This document shows, piece by piece, positions 1-7,205 of a stretch of DNA of 29,067 bases (positions are counted from its first letter, which is position 1; each line of letters begins with the position of its first letter). The notes beneath the pieces were generated by a model. It did no database searches and had not been told where the DNA came from. It saw only the letters and a program-made list of their open reading frames with translations. The position numbers were made by a program, and so were the translations under genes. Source of the DNA: a virus; IMG/VR virus record IMGVR_UViG_3300010935_000101, positions 1 through 29,067 of that record. One strand, 5' to 3'.

Positions 1-156
1 CTAAATATATAATATATTTATCTTACAATAAACTAACAACTAAAATCAAAATAGCAGACATAATTCACAACTTGGCGTGTAATCCCTCAGACCATGCTAA
101 GCAAAAGTATCTCAAAGCAATACCAATTTTATTGAAATCAATTTAAAGGAAAAAAC

Positions 157-588
157 ATGAACAAAACAGCAGTAATTTCTGGTCTTCATATAAGACTAGA
201 TGTACCAACAAAATGTCAACTTGTAGAACAAGTTTTAAACAAATCTTTCAAAACTAAGAAAGAACAAAATGGGTTTATTAATACTTTAGCTCAACAGAGT
301 TTCGTTAACCCAATAACAATTAAACTGTGGTGTGGTAAATACCAGAATACTTGGAAGCTTGGTAAAACATTACCAACAGGAACTATGTCATTTGCTTTTG
401 CAACAATCCCTGATGATAAGATACCATATGTCACTAGAGAATTGGAGAGTATGAGAAATACTTTAGCAAAATTCAAAACAAATGCTGAAACAGCGTATTA
501 TAAAAATCTCAAAGCAGGAGATACTCAATCAACAAAAACTCCAGGCACAATTCTGGATGATTTAGTACTTAACAAAAAGGCAAAGTAA
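157..588 (+). CDS. hypothetical phage protein
   Basis: 143-aa ORF with AAGGA SD upstream; no recognisable family. Confidence 0.75.
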   Translation: MNKTAVISGLHIRLDVPTKCQLVEQVLNKSFKTKKEQNGFINTLAQQSFVNPITIKLWCGKYQNTWKLGKTLPTGTMSFAFATIPDDKIPYVTRELESMRNTLAKFKTNAETAYYKNLKAGDTQSTKTPGTILDDLVLNKKAK

Positions 589-881
589 TGAAAAAAGAAA
601 TTACAGGATGGTGGTTTTTCTATCTAGTATTAGCAATTATTACAATTGGTGCATTATCAATACTAGGATATATGGGAAAATTTACTGGAGTAGTAGTGGA
701 ACGTAAAGTGTTTGAACAATCATACCAAAAACAAGCAGGTGACAGCAAACGTATAGCTGCTTATCGTGCACAATTGGCTACAATAAATAGTTTATTACCA
801 GGTGAAAAAGACCCAGCAATAAGAAGAGATTTAGCAGCTCAAAAATCAATGTTAGAAGTACAAATAAGGAGTACAAAATGA
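588..881 (+). CDS. membrane-anchored protein (N-terminal TM helix, coiled-coil-like C-terminus)
   Basis: hydrophobic stretch WWFFYLVLAIITIGALSILGYM; TAATG coupling to the previous gene. Confidence 0.8.
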   Translation: MKKEITGWWFFYLVLAIITIGALSILGYMGKFTGVVVERKVFEQSYQKQAGDSKRIAAYRAQLATINSLLPGEKDPAIRRDLAAQKSMLEVQIRSTK

Positions 882-1423
882 AAAAAGTTTTATCAATTTT
901 AATATTAGTTGCAATGACTATGTTTTTAATAGGATGTGGAAAAGCAAGTCAAGAAAAGAAAGATCAACAAGCAGCACAAAGTCAGCAATCTCAGTATGCT
1001 AAAGCACAACCAGTACCAACATATGACTGGTCATTAGAAAGAGATTTGCTAATCAAGTTATATGATTTAAGAAATGACAAAGTATCTACTCATTCAGTAT
1101 GGCGTAGTGATTATGGAATGATTGAAGGGGATTGCACATCTATTGGATATGGATTACCTTATGACACAAGTTTAACAAATCCTTTACAAGGAATGTATGT
1201 AAGCACATCTGGTGGAGCAGTAGCAGTAGGTCAAGCAGAACCTAATGGGGTATTTGCTTCAACTAACACAGCAGCAACTTGGGTTATGTGTTTAGGCACA
1301 TCTGGAAATATAGAGCCTCACTATGTTGAATCTAAAGTAACAGTTTATCCATACCCTGTAAAAGTTAACTATGATTTAAACAGAGTCAAAAAGTCTGGTC
1401 CAGCTACGGCCGTAATTAAGTAA
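878..1423 (+). CDS. lipoprotein
   Basis: signal peptide MKKVLSILILVAMTMF with lipobox LIG-C; AGGAG SD; ATGA overlap. Confidence 0.8.
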   Translation: MKKVLSILILVAMTMFLIGCGKASQEKKDQQAAQSQQSQYAKAQPVPTYDWSLERDLLIKLYDLRNDKVSTHSVWRSDYGMIEGDCTSIGYGLPYDTSLTNPLQGMYVSTSGGAVAVGQAEPNGVFASTNTAATWVMCLGTSGNIEPHYVESKVTVYPYPVKVNYDLNRVKKSGPATAVIK

Positions 1424-1440
1424 TCTCATAAGGATAAACA

Positions 1441-3471
1441 ATGGACGATTTCAAAGTATTTGCAGATGCAATTAACAAAAAGTTCCTGGAACTTTCAGCT
1501 AATGGTACTCTATTAAGAGTTAATGTTCCTAAAGAACAATTATGGGCAACTTATCAAGCAGCATATTCTGCTAAGGATAACCCAATCTTCAGAGAACGCA
1601 AAGTTCATGAATGCAATACGTGCTATTCTTTTATAAAAAGACTTGGCGCATTAGTTGGTATCAACAAGGCAGGCAATTTGGACACAATTTGGAATGTATC
1701 TGGTTTACCAGCACCTTACCAAGGCGTAGCAAATACAATGCATGAACTTGTTTATGCTGCAAACATCACATCAATATTTTTAACTGACGAAGCATTAGTC
1801 GGTAAAGAATACAACATTGAAGAGAACGAAGCTGGTAACATCAAGTGGGAGCATTTCTACGCAGATGTAGACAAAGCATTTATCTCACAGGATGTAGCAG
1901 CAACTGTGGGTTCAGTTGAGTCTACTGTATCTGTATTCAAACGTGCTCTTGATGAATTCTCAGTAGAGACTCTTGAGTCAGTTATTGATTTGTGTGATAC
2001 AATATACAAAGGAATTGAATTCCAACCAACTGTTACTAAGTTCTTAGCAGCAAAGCAAGCTTATGAAGCAGGTGACAAGAACCTATTTATCTGGACTGAG
2101 TACAAGAACTATCCAGCTAAGATACGTAACTCTGCTATTGGTTCATTAATTATCAATATTCAGGAAGGGATGGAACTTGAATTAGCAGTTACTAAGTATG
2201 AACAAGTAGTTGCACCAAGCAATTACAAACGTACTTCTGCTATAGTTACTGAAGGAATGAAAAAACAAGCAGTTGCAACTATTGATGAATTAGGATTGCG
2301 TGACTCTTTACCAAGAAGACATGCTGAATTAGTTGATGTATCAGTTAACAATGTATTATTTGCAGATGCAAGTGCACAAGCAGTTATGCAGGACTCAATT
2401 GATGACCTTTTTGACTCAACTGTAAGTAAGTCTACTGAAGCACCTAAAAAAGCAGTTGAACTTACTATTGAACAATTTCTAGAAAAAGTACTACCTAATT
2501 CTAAATCTATTGAACTTTTACTCGAGAACAAGCATACACCAAACTTAGTATCTTTAGTAGCTCCTGTTAACCCTGAAGCACCAAACATGCTTAAGTGGAA
2601 CAACAACTTCTCATGGTCTTATGCTGGAGAAATGACTGATTCAGACTTAACTCAAAGAGTACAACAAGCTGGAGGCAGAGTTGATGGAGTATTTAGATTT
2701 ACTCATTCTTGGAATGAATTAGAACCAAACAAATCATTAATGGACTTACACGTGTTTATGCCTGGTTGTACTGTACCTTCTAGTGGAGGAGGTCCAAATG
2801 TAACTGGAAGAAGAGTTGGCTGGAATCAAAGAACTGATAGTGCTTCTGGTGGAACTCAAGATGTAGATTATATTGATGCTGCTCCTACAAATTATATTCC
2901 TGTAGAAAACATAACTTTTCCTGACATTAACAGAATGCCAAAAGGAACTTATACTTGTAAAATTCATAACTGGAGTTTTAGAGGTTCTGGAGGAAAAGGT
3001 AGAGCTGAAATTGCATTTGCAGGTCAAAAATTTGAATATGTGTACCCAGCTACTAAAGACCATGAATGGATTACAATAGCAGAAGTAACACTAAAAAATG
3101 GTGAATTTACTATTAACCACAAACTCCCTTGTTCAACTCCACAAAAGACTGAATGGAATCTGAATACTAAACAATACCATAGGGTATCAACTATTATGTT
3201 GTCACCAAACCATTGGGATGGACAAACAATTGGTAACAAGCATTACTTCTTTATGCTGGACGGCTGTAGCAATCCAGATCCAGTTAGAGGATTCTATAAT
3301 GAATTCTTATCTGAGGATCTAAGACCTCACCGTAAAGTGTTTGAAGTACTTTCATCTAAGATGAAGTGTACACCAGCTAAGGAGCAACTTAGTGGGTTGG
3401 GCTTCTCAAGCACACAACGCAATGAGTTATTTCTTAAGGTGGATAACAGACCTTACAAAATCACATTTTAA
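1441..3471 (+). CDS. large conserved phage protein of unknown function
   Basis: 676-aa ORF with AAGGA SD; HECxxC motif near the N-terminus and DLHV...DVD...PVENI motif; resembles a widespread phage hypothetical family (recollection). Confidence 0.8.
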   Translation: MDDFKVFADAINKKFLELSANGTLLRVNVPKEQLWATYQAAYSAKDNPIFRERKVHECNTCYSFIKRLGALVGINKAGNLDTIWNVSGLPAPYQGVANTMHELVYAANITSIFLTDEALVGKEYNIEENEAGNIKWEHFYADVDKAFISQDVAATVGSVESTVSVFKRALDEFSVETLESVIDLCDTIYKGIEFQPTVTKFLAAKQAYEAGDKNLFIWTEYKNYPAKIRNSAIGSLIINIQEGMELELAVTKYEQVVAPSNYKRTSAIVTEGMKKQAVATIDELGLRDSLPRRHAELVDVSVNNVLFADASAQAVMQDSIDDLFDSTVSKSTEAPKKAVELTIEQFLEKVLPNSKSIELLLENKHTPNLVSLVAPVNPEAPNMLKWNNNFSWSYAGEMTDSDLTQRVQQAGGRVDGVFRFTHSWNELEPNKSLMDLHVFMPGCTVPSSGGGPNVTGRRVGWNQRTDSASGGTQDVDYIDAAPTNYIPVENITFPDINRMPKGTYTCKIHNWSFRGSGGKGRAEIAFAGQKFEYVYPATKDHEWITIAEVTLKNGEFTINHKLPCSTPQKTEWNLNTKQYHRVSTIMLSPNHWDGQTIGNKHYFFMLDGCSNPDPVRGFYNEFLSEDLRPHRKVFEVLSSKMKCTPAKEQLSGLGFSSTQRNELFLKVDNRPYKITF

Positions 3472-3484
3472 TAAAGGAATAAGT

Positions 3485-3886
3485 ATGAACAACATATTTG
3501 AAAAAGCTGCAAGAACTAAGTTACGTTTTCAAACTGCTAGAGGTTCTCTATCAGTTGAACAGTTGTGGGATTTACCACTTGAATCAGGAGAGGTTAATCT
3601 CTACAAATTAGCAGAAGAACTTCTTGGCGAAGTATCTACTAAACCTGCAAAAAAACTTTCATTCTTTAAAAAGTCTGTATCAGCAGATGAAACAGCAGAA
3701 CTTAGGTTTGAAATTGTTAAGTACATTGTTGTAACAAGAGTTGCAGAGATTGAAGAGAAAACTAACAAAGCTGTTGTGGACTCTGAAAAAAGAGAACTTG
3801 ACCAACTGATTGCTGCAAAAGAGCAAGAAGCTAAAGGCAACTTATCTTTGGAAGAACTAAAAGCTGCAAGAGCCAAACTTAGTTAA
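3485..3886 (+). CDS. conserved phage coiled-coil protein (partner of the 676-aa gene)
   Basis: ATG at 3485 after AAGGA; motif FEKAARxKLRF...GxLSVEQLWDLPL. Confidence 0.8.
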   Translation: MNNIFEKAARTKLRFQTARGSLSVEQLWDLPLESGEVNLYKLAEELLGEVSTKPAKKLSFFKKSVSADETAELRFEIVKYIVVTRVAEIEEKTNKAVVDSEKRELDQLIAAKEQEAKGNLSLEELKAARAKLS

Positions 3887-3890
3887 TAGT

Positions 3891-3915
3891 TAGAGCACCA
3901 ATTTTTGGTGTTCTA
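3891..3915 (+). terminator. stem-loop (terminator or processing hairpin)
   Basis: TAGAGCACCA/TGGTGTTCTA just after the stop codon; no clear U-tract. Confidence 0.5.
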
Positions 3916-3938
3916 TAGTATTTAATAAAGGACCAACA

Positions 3939-4307
3939 ATGAAGAATGATTTTAAGGTGGGCGATTGGGTAAGGAATATACCTCTTAATAAATTATATAA
4001 AGTAACAGAGTTAACAGAATATTCGATAACTATAACTAAGTGGCAATTTAATCTAACTGACACCGCTTCTCTGAATAGCTTTGAACTTTGGAAACCTAAA
4101 CCATTAGAGTGGTGTTGGTTTAGTAATGGTAATGAGCCTTACTTAAGGCAATACTCACACGGAATTGACAACGGGTTTTATTTTGATATAAACAATGTAC
4201 CATTCAGATTTTGTGAACCTTATATAGGAGAATTGCCCACGTTTATAAAGGAACAACATGACACAAATGATAATCCCAGTAGGACAACAAGTCAACGTAG
4301 AAAATAA
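3939..4307 (+). CDS. hypothetical protein, FKVGDWV...WKPKxxEWCWF paralog family
   Basis: ORF with SD; clear similarity to the C-terminal half of 21285..21872. Confidence 0.75.
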   Translation: MKNDFKVGDWVRNIPLNKLYKVTELTEYSITITKWQFNLTDTASLNSFELWKPKPLEWCWFSNGNEPYLRQYSHGIDNGFYFDINNVPFRFCEPYIGELPTFIKEQHDTNDNPSRTTSQRRK

Positions 4308-4365
4308 ATATGCTTACAATAGGCTGGAGATTAGCAGATTAACAAATTTCTCATACTCACCTTGA
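4258..4365 (+). CDS. possible 35-aa ORF
   Basis: AAAGGAACAAC-ATG context identical to that of the 26828 gene; MTQMIIPVGQQVNVENKYAYNRLEISRLTNFSYSP. Confidence 0.35.
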   Translation: MTQMIIPVGQQVNVENKYAYNRLEISRLTNFSYSP

Positions 4366-4367
4366 GT

Positions 4368-4910
4368 ATAACTGGCGTTCTAGTAATCACATCGTACGAT
4401 AACGAATCCTAAGCGTGGCTTGAGAACTACACAGCCTAACACTAGTAGATAACCCTGTGGATTTAAACTTGCAAAGGGAGAAGCTCGGAGAAAACCCAAG
4501 CACACATGGTTCAGCTTACAGGACCAACACAATATGTAAGTAGCTTGTTTATGGGCTTAAGCCACAATGTCAAATGGCAATTGCGTGGTATGTAAACTAG
4601 GGAACTACCTGAGCCAAAACTACGGGATAGTATCGGGTTTGGCCACTCGTTAGCCGAAGGGCAAATAAATACACAAAATCAGTATAGTTAACTGACGTAT
4701 ACCTATGTGTGAATTGTAGGCAGGTCTGGTATAAGCTACCCATCCTATAAAATGAACAAGCTAGCAGAGACTAACTACCTCTGTACAGTAAACTGCCGTA
4801 AGAAGTTTGCCAGCGATAGTATCAACGGATTTAAACCCGGCACCACACCTCCATGAAGTCAAGACATAAGTATCTTAGTATACTATAGCCAGTTATCTGA
4901 AAGAGGTGTG
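4368..4910 (+). ncRNA. candidate large structured ncRNA (~530-540 nt)
   Basis: terminal helix ATAACTGGC(4368-76)/GCCAGTTAT(4888-96) continued by TAGTA/TACTA; many internal helices; no long ORF; strand inferred from G-U pairs and the flanking genes. Confidence 0.6.
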
Positions 4911-4919
4911 ACTTTATAT

Positions 4920-4995
4920 GTCAAGGATGCATGTGTACACATGGTAGTAATAGGAACAGTCCCCTATGCGGTTCGAATCCGCTCCTTGACCACCA
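4920..4995 (+). ncRNA. tRNA-like element (non-canonical, no assignable anticodon)
   Basis: GTCAAGGA/TCCTTGAC acceptor, GCGG-TTCGAAT-CCGC T arm, ends in ACCA. Confidence 0.7.
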
Positions 4996-4998
4996 TTT

Positions 4999-5126
4999 TA
5001 AGTCTTCGATGAGCACACATTGAAGACAGAGTTAAAACCACTCTGCAGGACTGAGGTTCTTAAAAGAAGTCCTTAATCCAGTTTTACTAGGAAGTGTAAC
5101 CGGACATGTGTGTTCTTCGAAGCTTA
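4999..5126 (+). ncRNA. multibranch structured RNA with a ~20-bp closing stem
   Basis: 4999-5020 pairs with 5106-5126; internal hairpins CAGAGT/ACTCTG and AGGACT/AGTCCT. Confidence 0.55.
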
Positions 5127-5322
5127 TCACTTCAAATGGTTAGCCTAACCGCTAGCCTGCTCTGGTATTATGTAAGCAATACTCGTACCCCGATCCACGA
5201 GAGAGATCGGTACCTTGGTGGTACAAAGGCAATCAAACCACACCCTATGAAACCGATGGTCGAGACAGTTACAGGGTTACGAAACTGTGAACCAGCCCAG
5301 CGATGATAAGCTGGGATACTTA

Positions 5323-5381
5323 TGTTGTAGTGTGGGCACATCTGGAGACCCCAGACGCCAGTTCGATTCTGGAATATGACA
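5323..5381 (+). ncRNA. miniature tRNA-like element
   Basis: TGTTGTA/TATGACA acceptor-like stem, TCTGG/CCAGA arm, CCAG-TTCGATT-CTGG T arm. Confidence 0.55.
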
Positions 5382-5422
5382 CTAGGGTAGCTCCCTTGGA
5401 ACGGCTCTTTAGCGGGAGCCTT

Positions 5423-5508
5423 ATGAACTACCTATCTAGGTCGATAGAGCATCTCCTAACTGAACATTTGGAGTTAGCCTTCAGGTTCGAATCCTGAGTA
5501 GTTCATCA
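5423..5508 (+). ncRNA. tRNA-like element, possibly a diverged tRNA-Phe(GAA)
   Basis: ATGAACTAC/GTAGTTCAT acceptor, CTATC/GATAG D-like arm, CT-GAA-CA loop, TCAGG-TTCGAAT-CCTGA T arm. Confidence 0.6.
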
Positions 5509-5793
5509 TATATAGTTGATACCTAGCGAAGTAGGTATGAAGCAATCTGGCCAGATGGAGCAGACAATAACAATTTTACCGTCTGCTCTAGTGTGGCTAG
5601 TATGTTAGGTTTTGATGCCCACAGAACCATACTATATGCAAGGTGTAAGCTATTACCTATATCAAGTTTAGCAGTGCCTGGTGAGGTAACGTATAATAAT
5701 ACAGAAATGTACATATGGAGCCAGTATAACAAGCCACAGAGATGATAGTTGATATTGACTCTAGTATGTATATATTAATCAAAAGGAAACATT

Positions 5794-6012
5794 ATGAGTA
5801 AAACAACAATATCACAAGCACTTATGGAATTTGATAAGAAATACATAACTCCAGACACAGAGTTTATCCTCACTATACGAGATATAGCAAGAATGTATAA
5901 AACTGTACAGAGGAGAGAAAATGAGAACCTTGCTCTTAGAGCCAAGATTGCTATATTGGAACTAGAAGTTGAACATAATAAAACTAGACCTGAAAGGCTT
6001 ATTTATGGATAA
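5794..6012 (+). CDS. hypothetical protein
   Basis: 72-aa ORF with AAGGA SD. Confidence 0.7.
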   Translation: MSKTTISQALMEFDKKYITPDTEFILTIRDIARMYKTVQRRENENLALRAKIAILELEVEHNKTRPERLIYG

Positions 6013-6202
6013 TTATATGAAGCCAAAAGAAATAGCATACTACTATGAACTAGGCACACTAGGTTCATTTAGTATGACACTAATGGATTTATTTGGAAAA
6101 GCAGATACTGGCAATCAATTTAGACTAGCATCAGCATTTCCAGAATACTATGAAGCGTATCTATTATGGTACAAAAAACCTAAAGGTTGGAAGGACTTTT
6201 AA
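6005..6202 (+). CDS. hypothetical phage protein
   Basis: ATG at 6005 (or 6017) overlapping the upstream gene; GSF...AD..N..RL..AFPE motif. Confidence 0.7.
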   Translation: MDNYMKPKEIAYYYELGTLGSFSMTLMDLFGKADTGNQFRLASAFPEYYEAYLLWYKKPKGWKDF

Positions 6203-6481
6203 ATGATTACAGCTAATGGGTATGTATATGGACGCAACTGGGAATTTGGATACAATATATACCCAGCAACTACTTTAATTGCTGATACATATACTGAACT
6301 AAAACAACAGATACTAGATGAAACTGATCTAGGTGTTTTTGACTCTGGAATGGGCTATGAAACAGTTATGGGTGTACACTATACAGACATTATAGAAAGT
6401 ATAAAAGAAAAGGGCTGGACAAAAACTCGTAATTTAAAATCTATTAAAGTCGGGAAACTTAAAGGTAAAAAGGATTTTTAA
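6203..6481 (+). CDS. hypothetical protein
   Basis: 92-aa ORF with SD; flanked by 31-nt imperfect direct repeats. Confidence 0.7.
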   Translation: MITANGYVYGRNWEFGYNIYPATTLIADTYTELKQQILDETDLGVFDSGMGYETVMGVHYTDIIESIKEKGWTKTRNLKSIKVGKLKGKKDF

Positions 6482-6673
6482 ATGAACATAAAATTAATCA
6501 TATATACTATATTGGGGTTTATGTCTCCAGCATTTCTAATTGGATATGTGAACTGGGATATAACTATAATTACAACTATTGGTCAATGGTCTTCAGATGC
6601 AAGATTTGCATTTGCTATGGCATCAATAGCTGGTGGATTATTTGGTTCACTGCTTGGAGACATAAGGTCATGA
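6482..6673 (+). CDS. small membrane protein (2 TM)
   Basis: two hydrophobic segments; SD present. Confidence 0.7.
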   Translation: MNIKLIIYTILGFMSPAFLIGYVNWDITIITTIGQWSSDARFAFAMASIAGGLFGSLLGDIRS

Positions 6674-6789
6674 AAATAGTAATAATTATTGGTTCATTCT
6701 TAGCAATTCTATTTGTTATGGGACTTATGTCACAATTTGACCCAGAGGTAGAGCCGATTAGTTATCATCAAATGATAAATAGTAAATAA
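6670..6789 (+). CDS. small single-TM protein
   Basis: ATGA overlap, TAAGG SD, MKIVIIIGSFLAILFVMGLM. Confidence 0.55.
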   Translation: MKIVIIIGSFLAILFVMGLMSQFDPEVEPISYHQMINSK

Positions 6790-6866
6790 AATAGAAAAGA
6801 GTATTTAAGTATTTAGAGGATTTTTACTTAATTGTAATTTAATAAAAATTAATTAAAGGAAATATT

Positions 6867-7196
6867 ATGAACCAAACTAAAAAACGAAACAGAGCAAAGA
6901 AACTTAGAATCAACGCAGCAAAACACGGATTTAATGGAAAACCCGGAATAACTAAAAATGACATAGTAATTATGGCAATGAATAAAACACCAAAAACACA
7001 GAGAGTTGCTAATTACTATACACAAACTAAAAACTTTGTGCAGGGAGAAATTGAAGGAGTTGGTAACGTTTATTATAAAACTGAATCTATTAACAAGATT
7101 ATATCTAGAAAACACCCGAAACCAATTGGTATATTTGACGTTATGGAAATGATTAAGAAACTGTTTAGTTTTGGTAACAAAACAGCAGCAGTATAG
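6867..7196 (+). CDS. basic hypothetical protein
   Basis: 109-aa ORF with AAGGA SD; K/R-rich N-terminus. Confidence 0.7.
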   Translation: MNQTKKRNRAKKLRINAAKHGFNGKPGITKNDIVIMAMNKTPKTQRVANYYTQTKNFVQGEIEGVGNVYYKTESINKIISRKHPKPIGIFDVMEMIKKLFSFGNKTAAV

Positions 7197-7205
7197 GGAG
7201 CCCGT

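Noticed and set aside
2630-3130. Possible swapped segment in the 676-aa gene (GGA/AGA-rich codons)
   Set aside because: Too weak to call by eye; AGA is also used in the flanks, and a codon-usage scan is needed
4590-4830. Group I intron (GCAGAGACTA resembles the R element)
   Set aside because: No matching S element (GATATAGTC) or P7 pairing, no interrupted host gene, and the motif sits in a local hairpin
4368-4995. tmRNA or RNase P RNA
   Set aside because: No GGGG 5' end, G3-U70 alanine acceptor or tag peptide; the T-arm end pairs locally with 4920; no GAGGAAAGTCC signature
5106-5732. ORFs 5106..5306, 5303..5497 and 5523..5732
   Set aside because: No SD, atypical composition, and they overlap tRNA-like and hairpin structures; better explained as ncRNA
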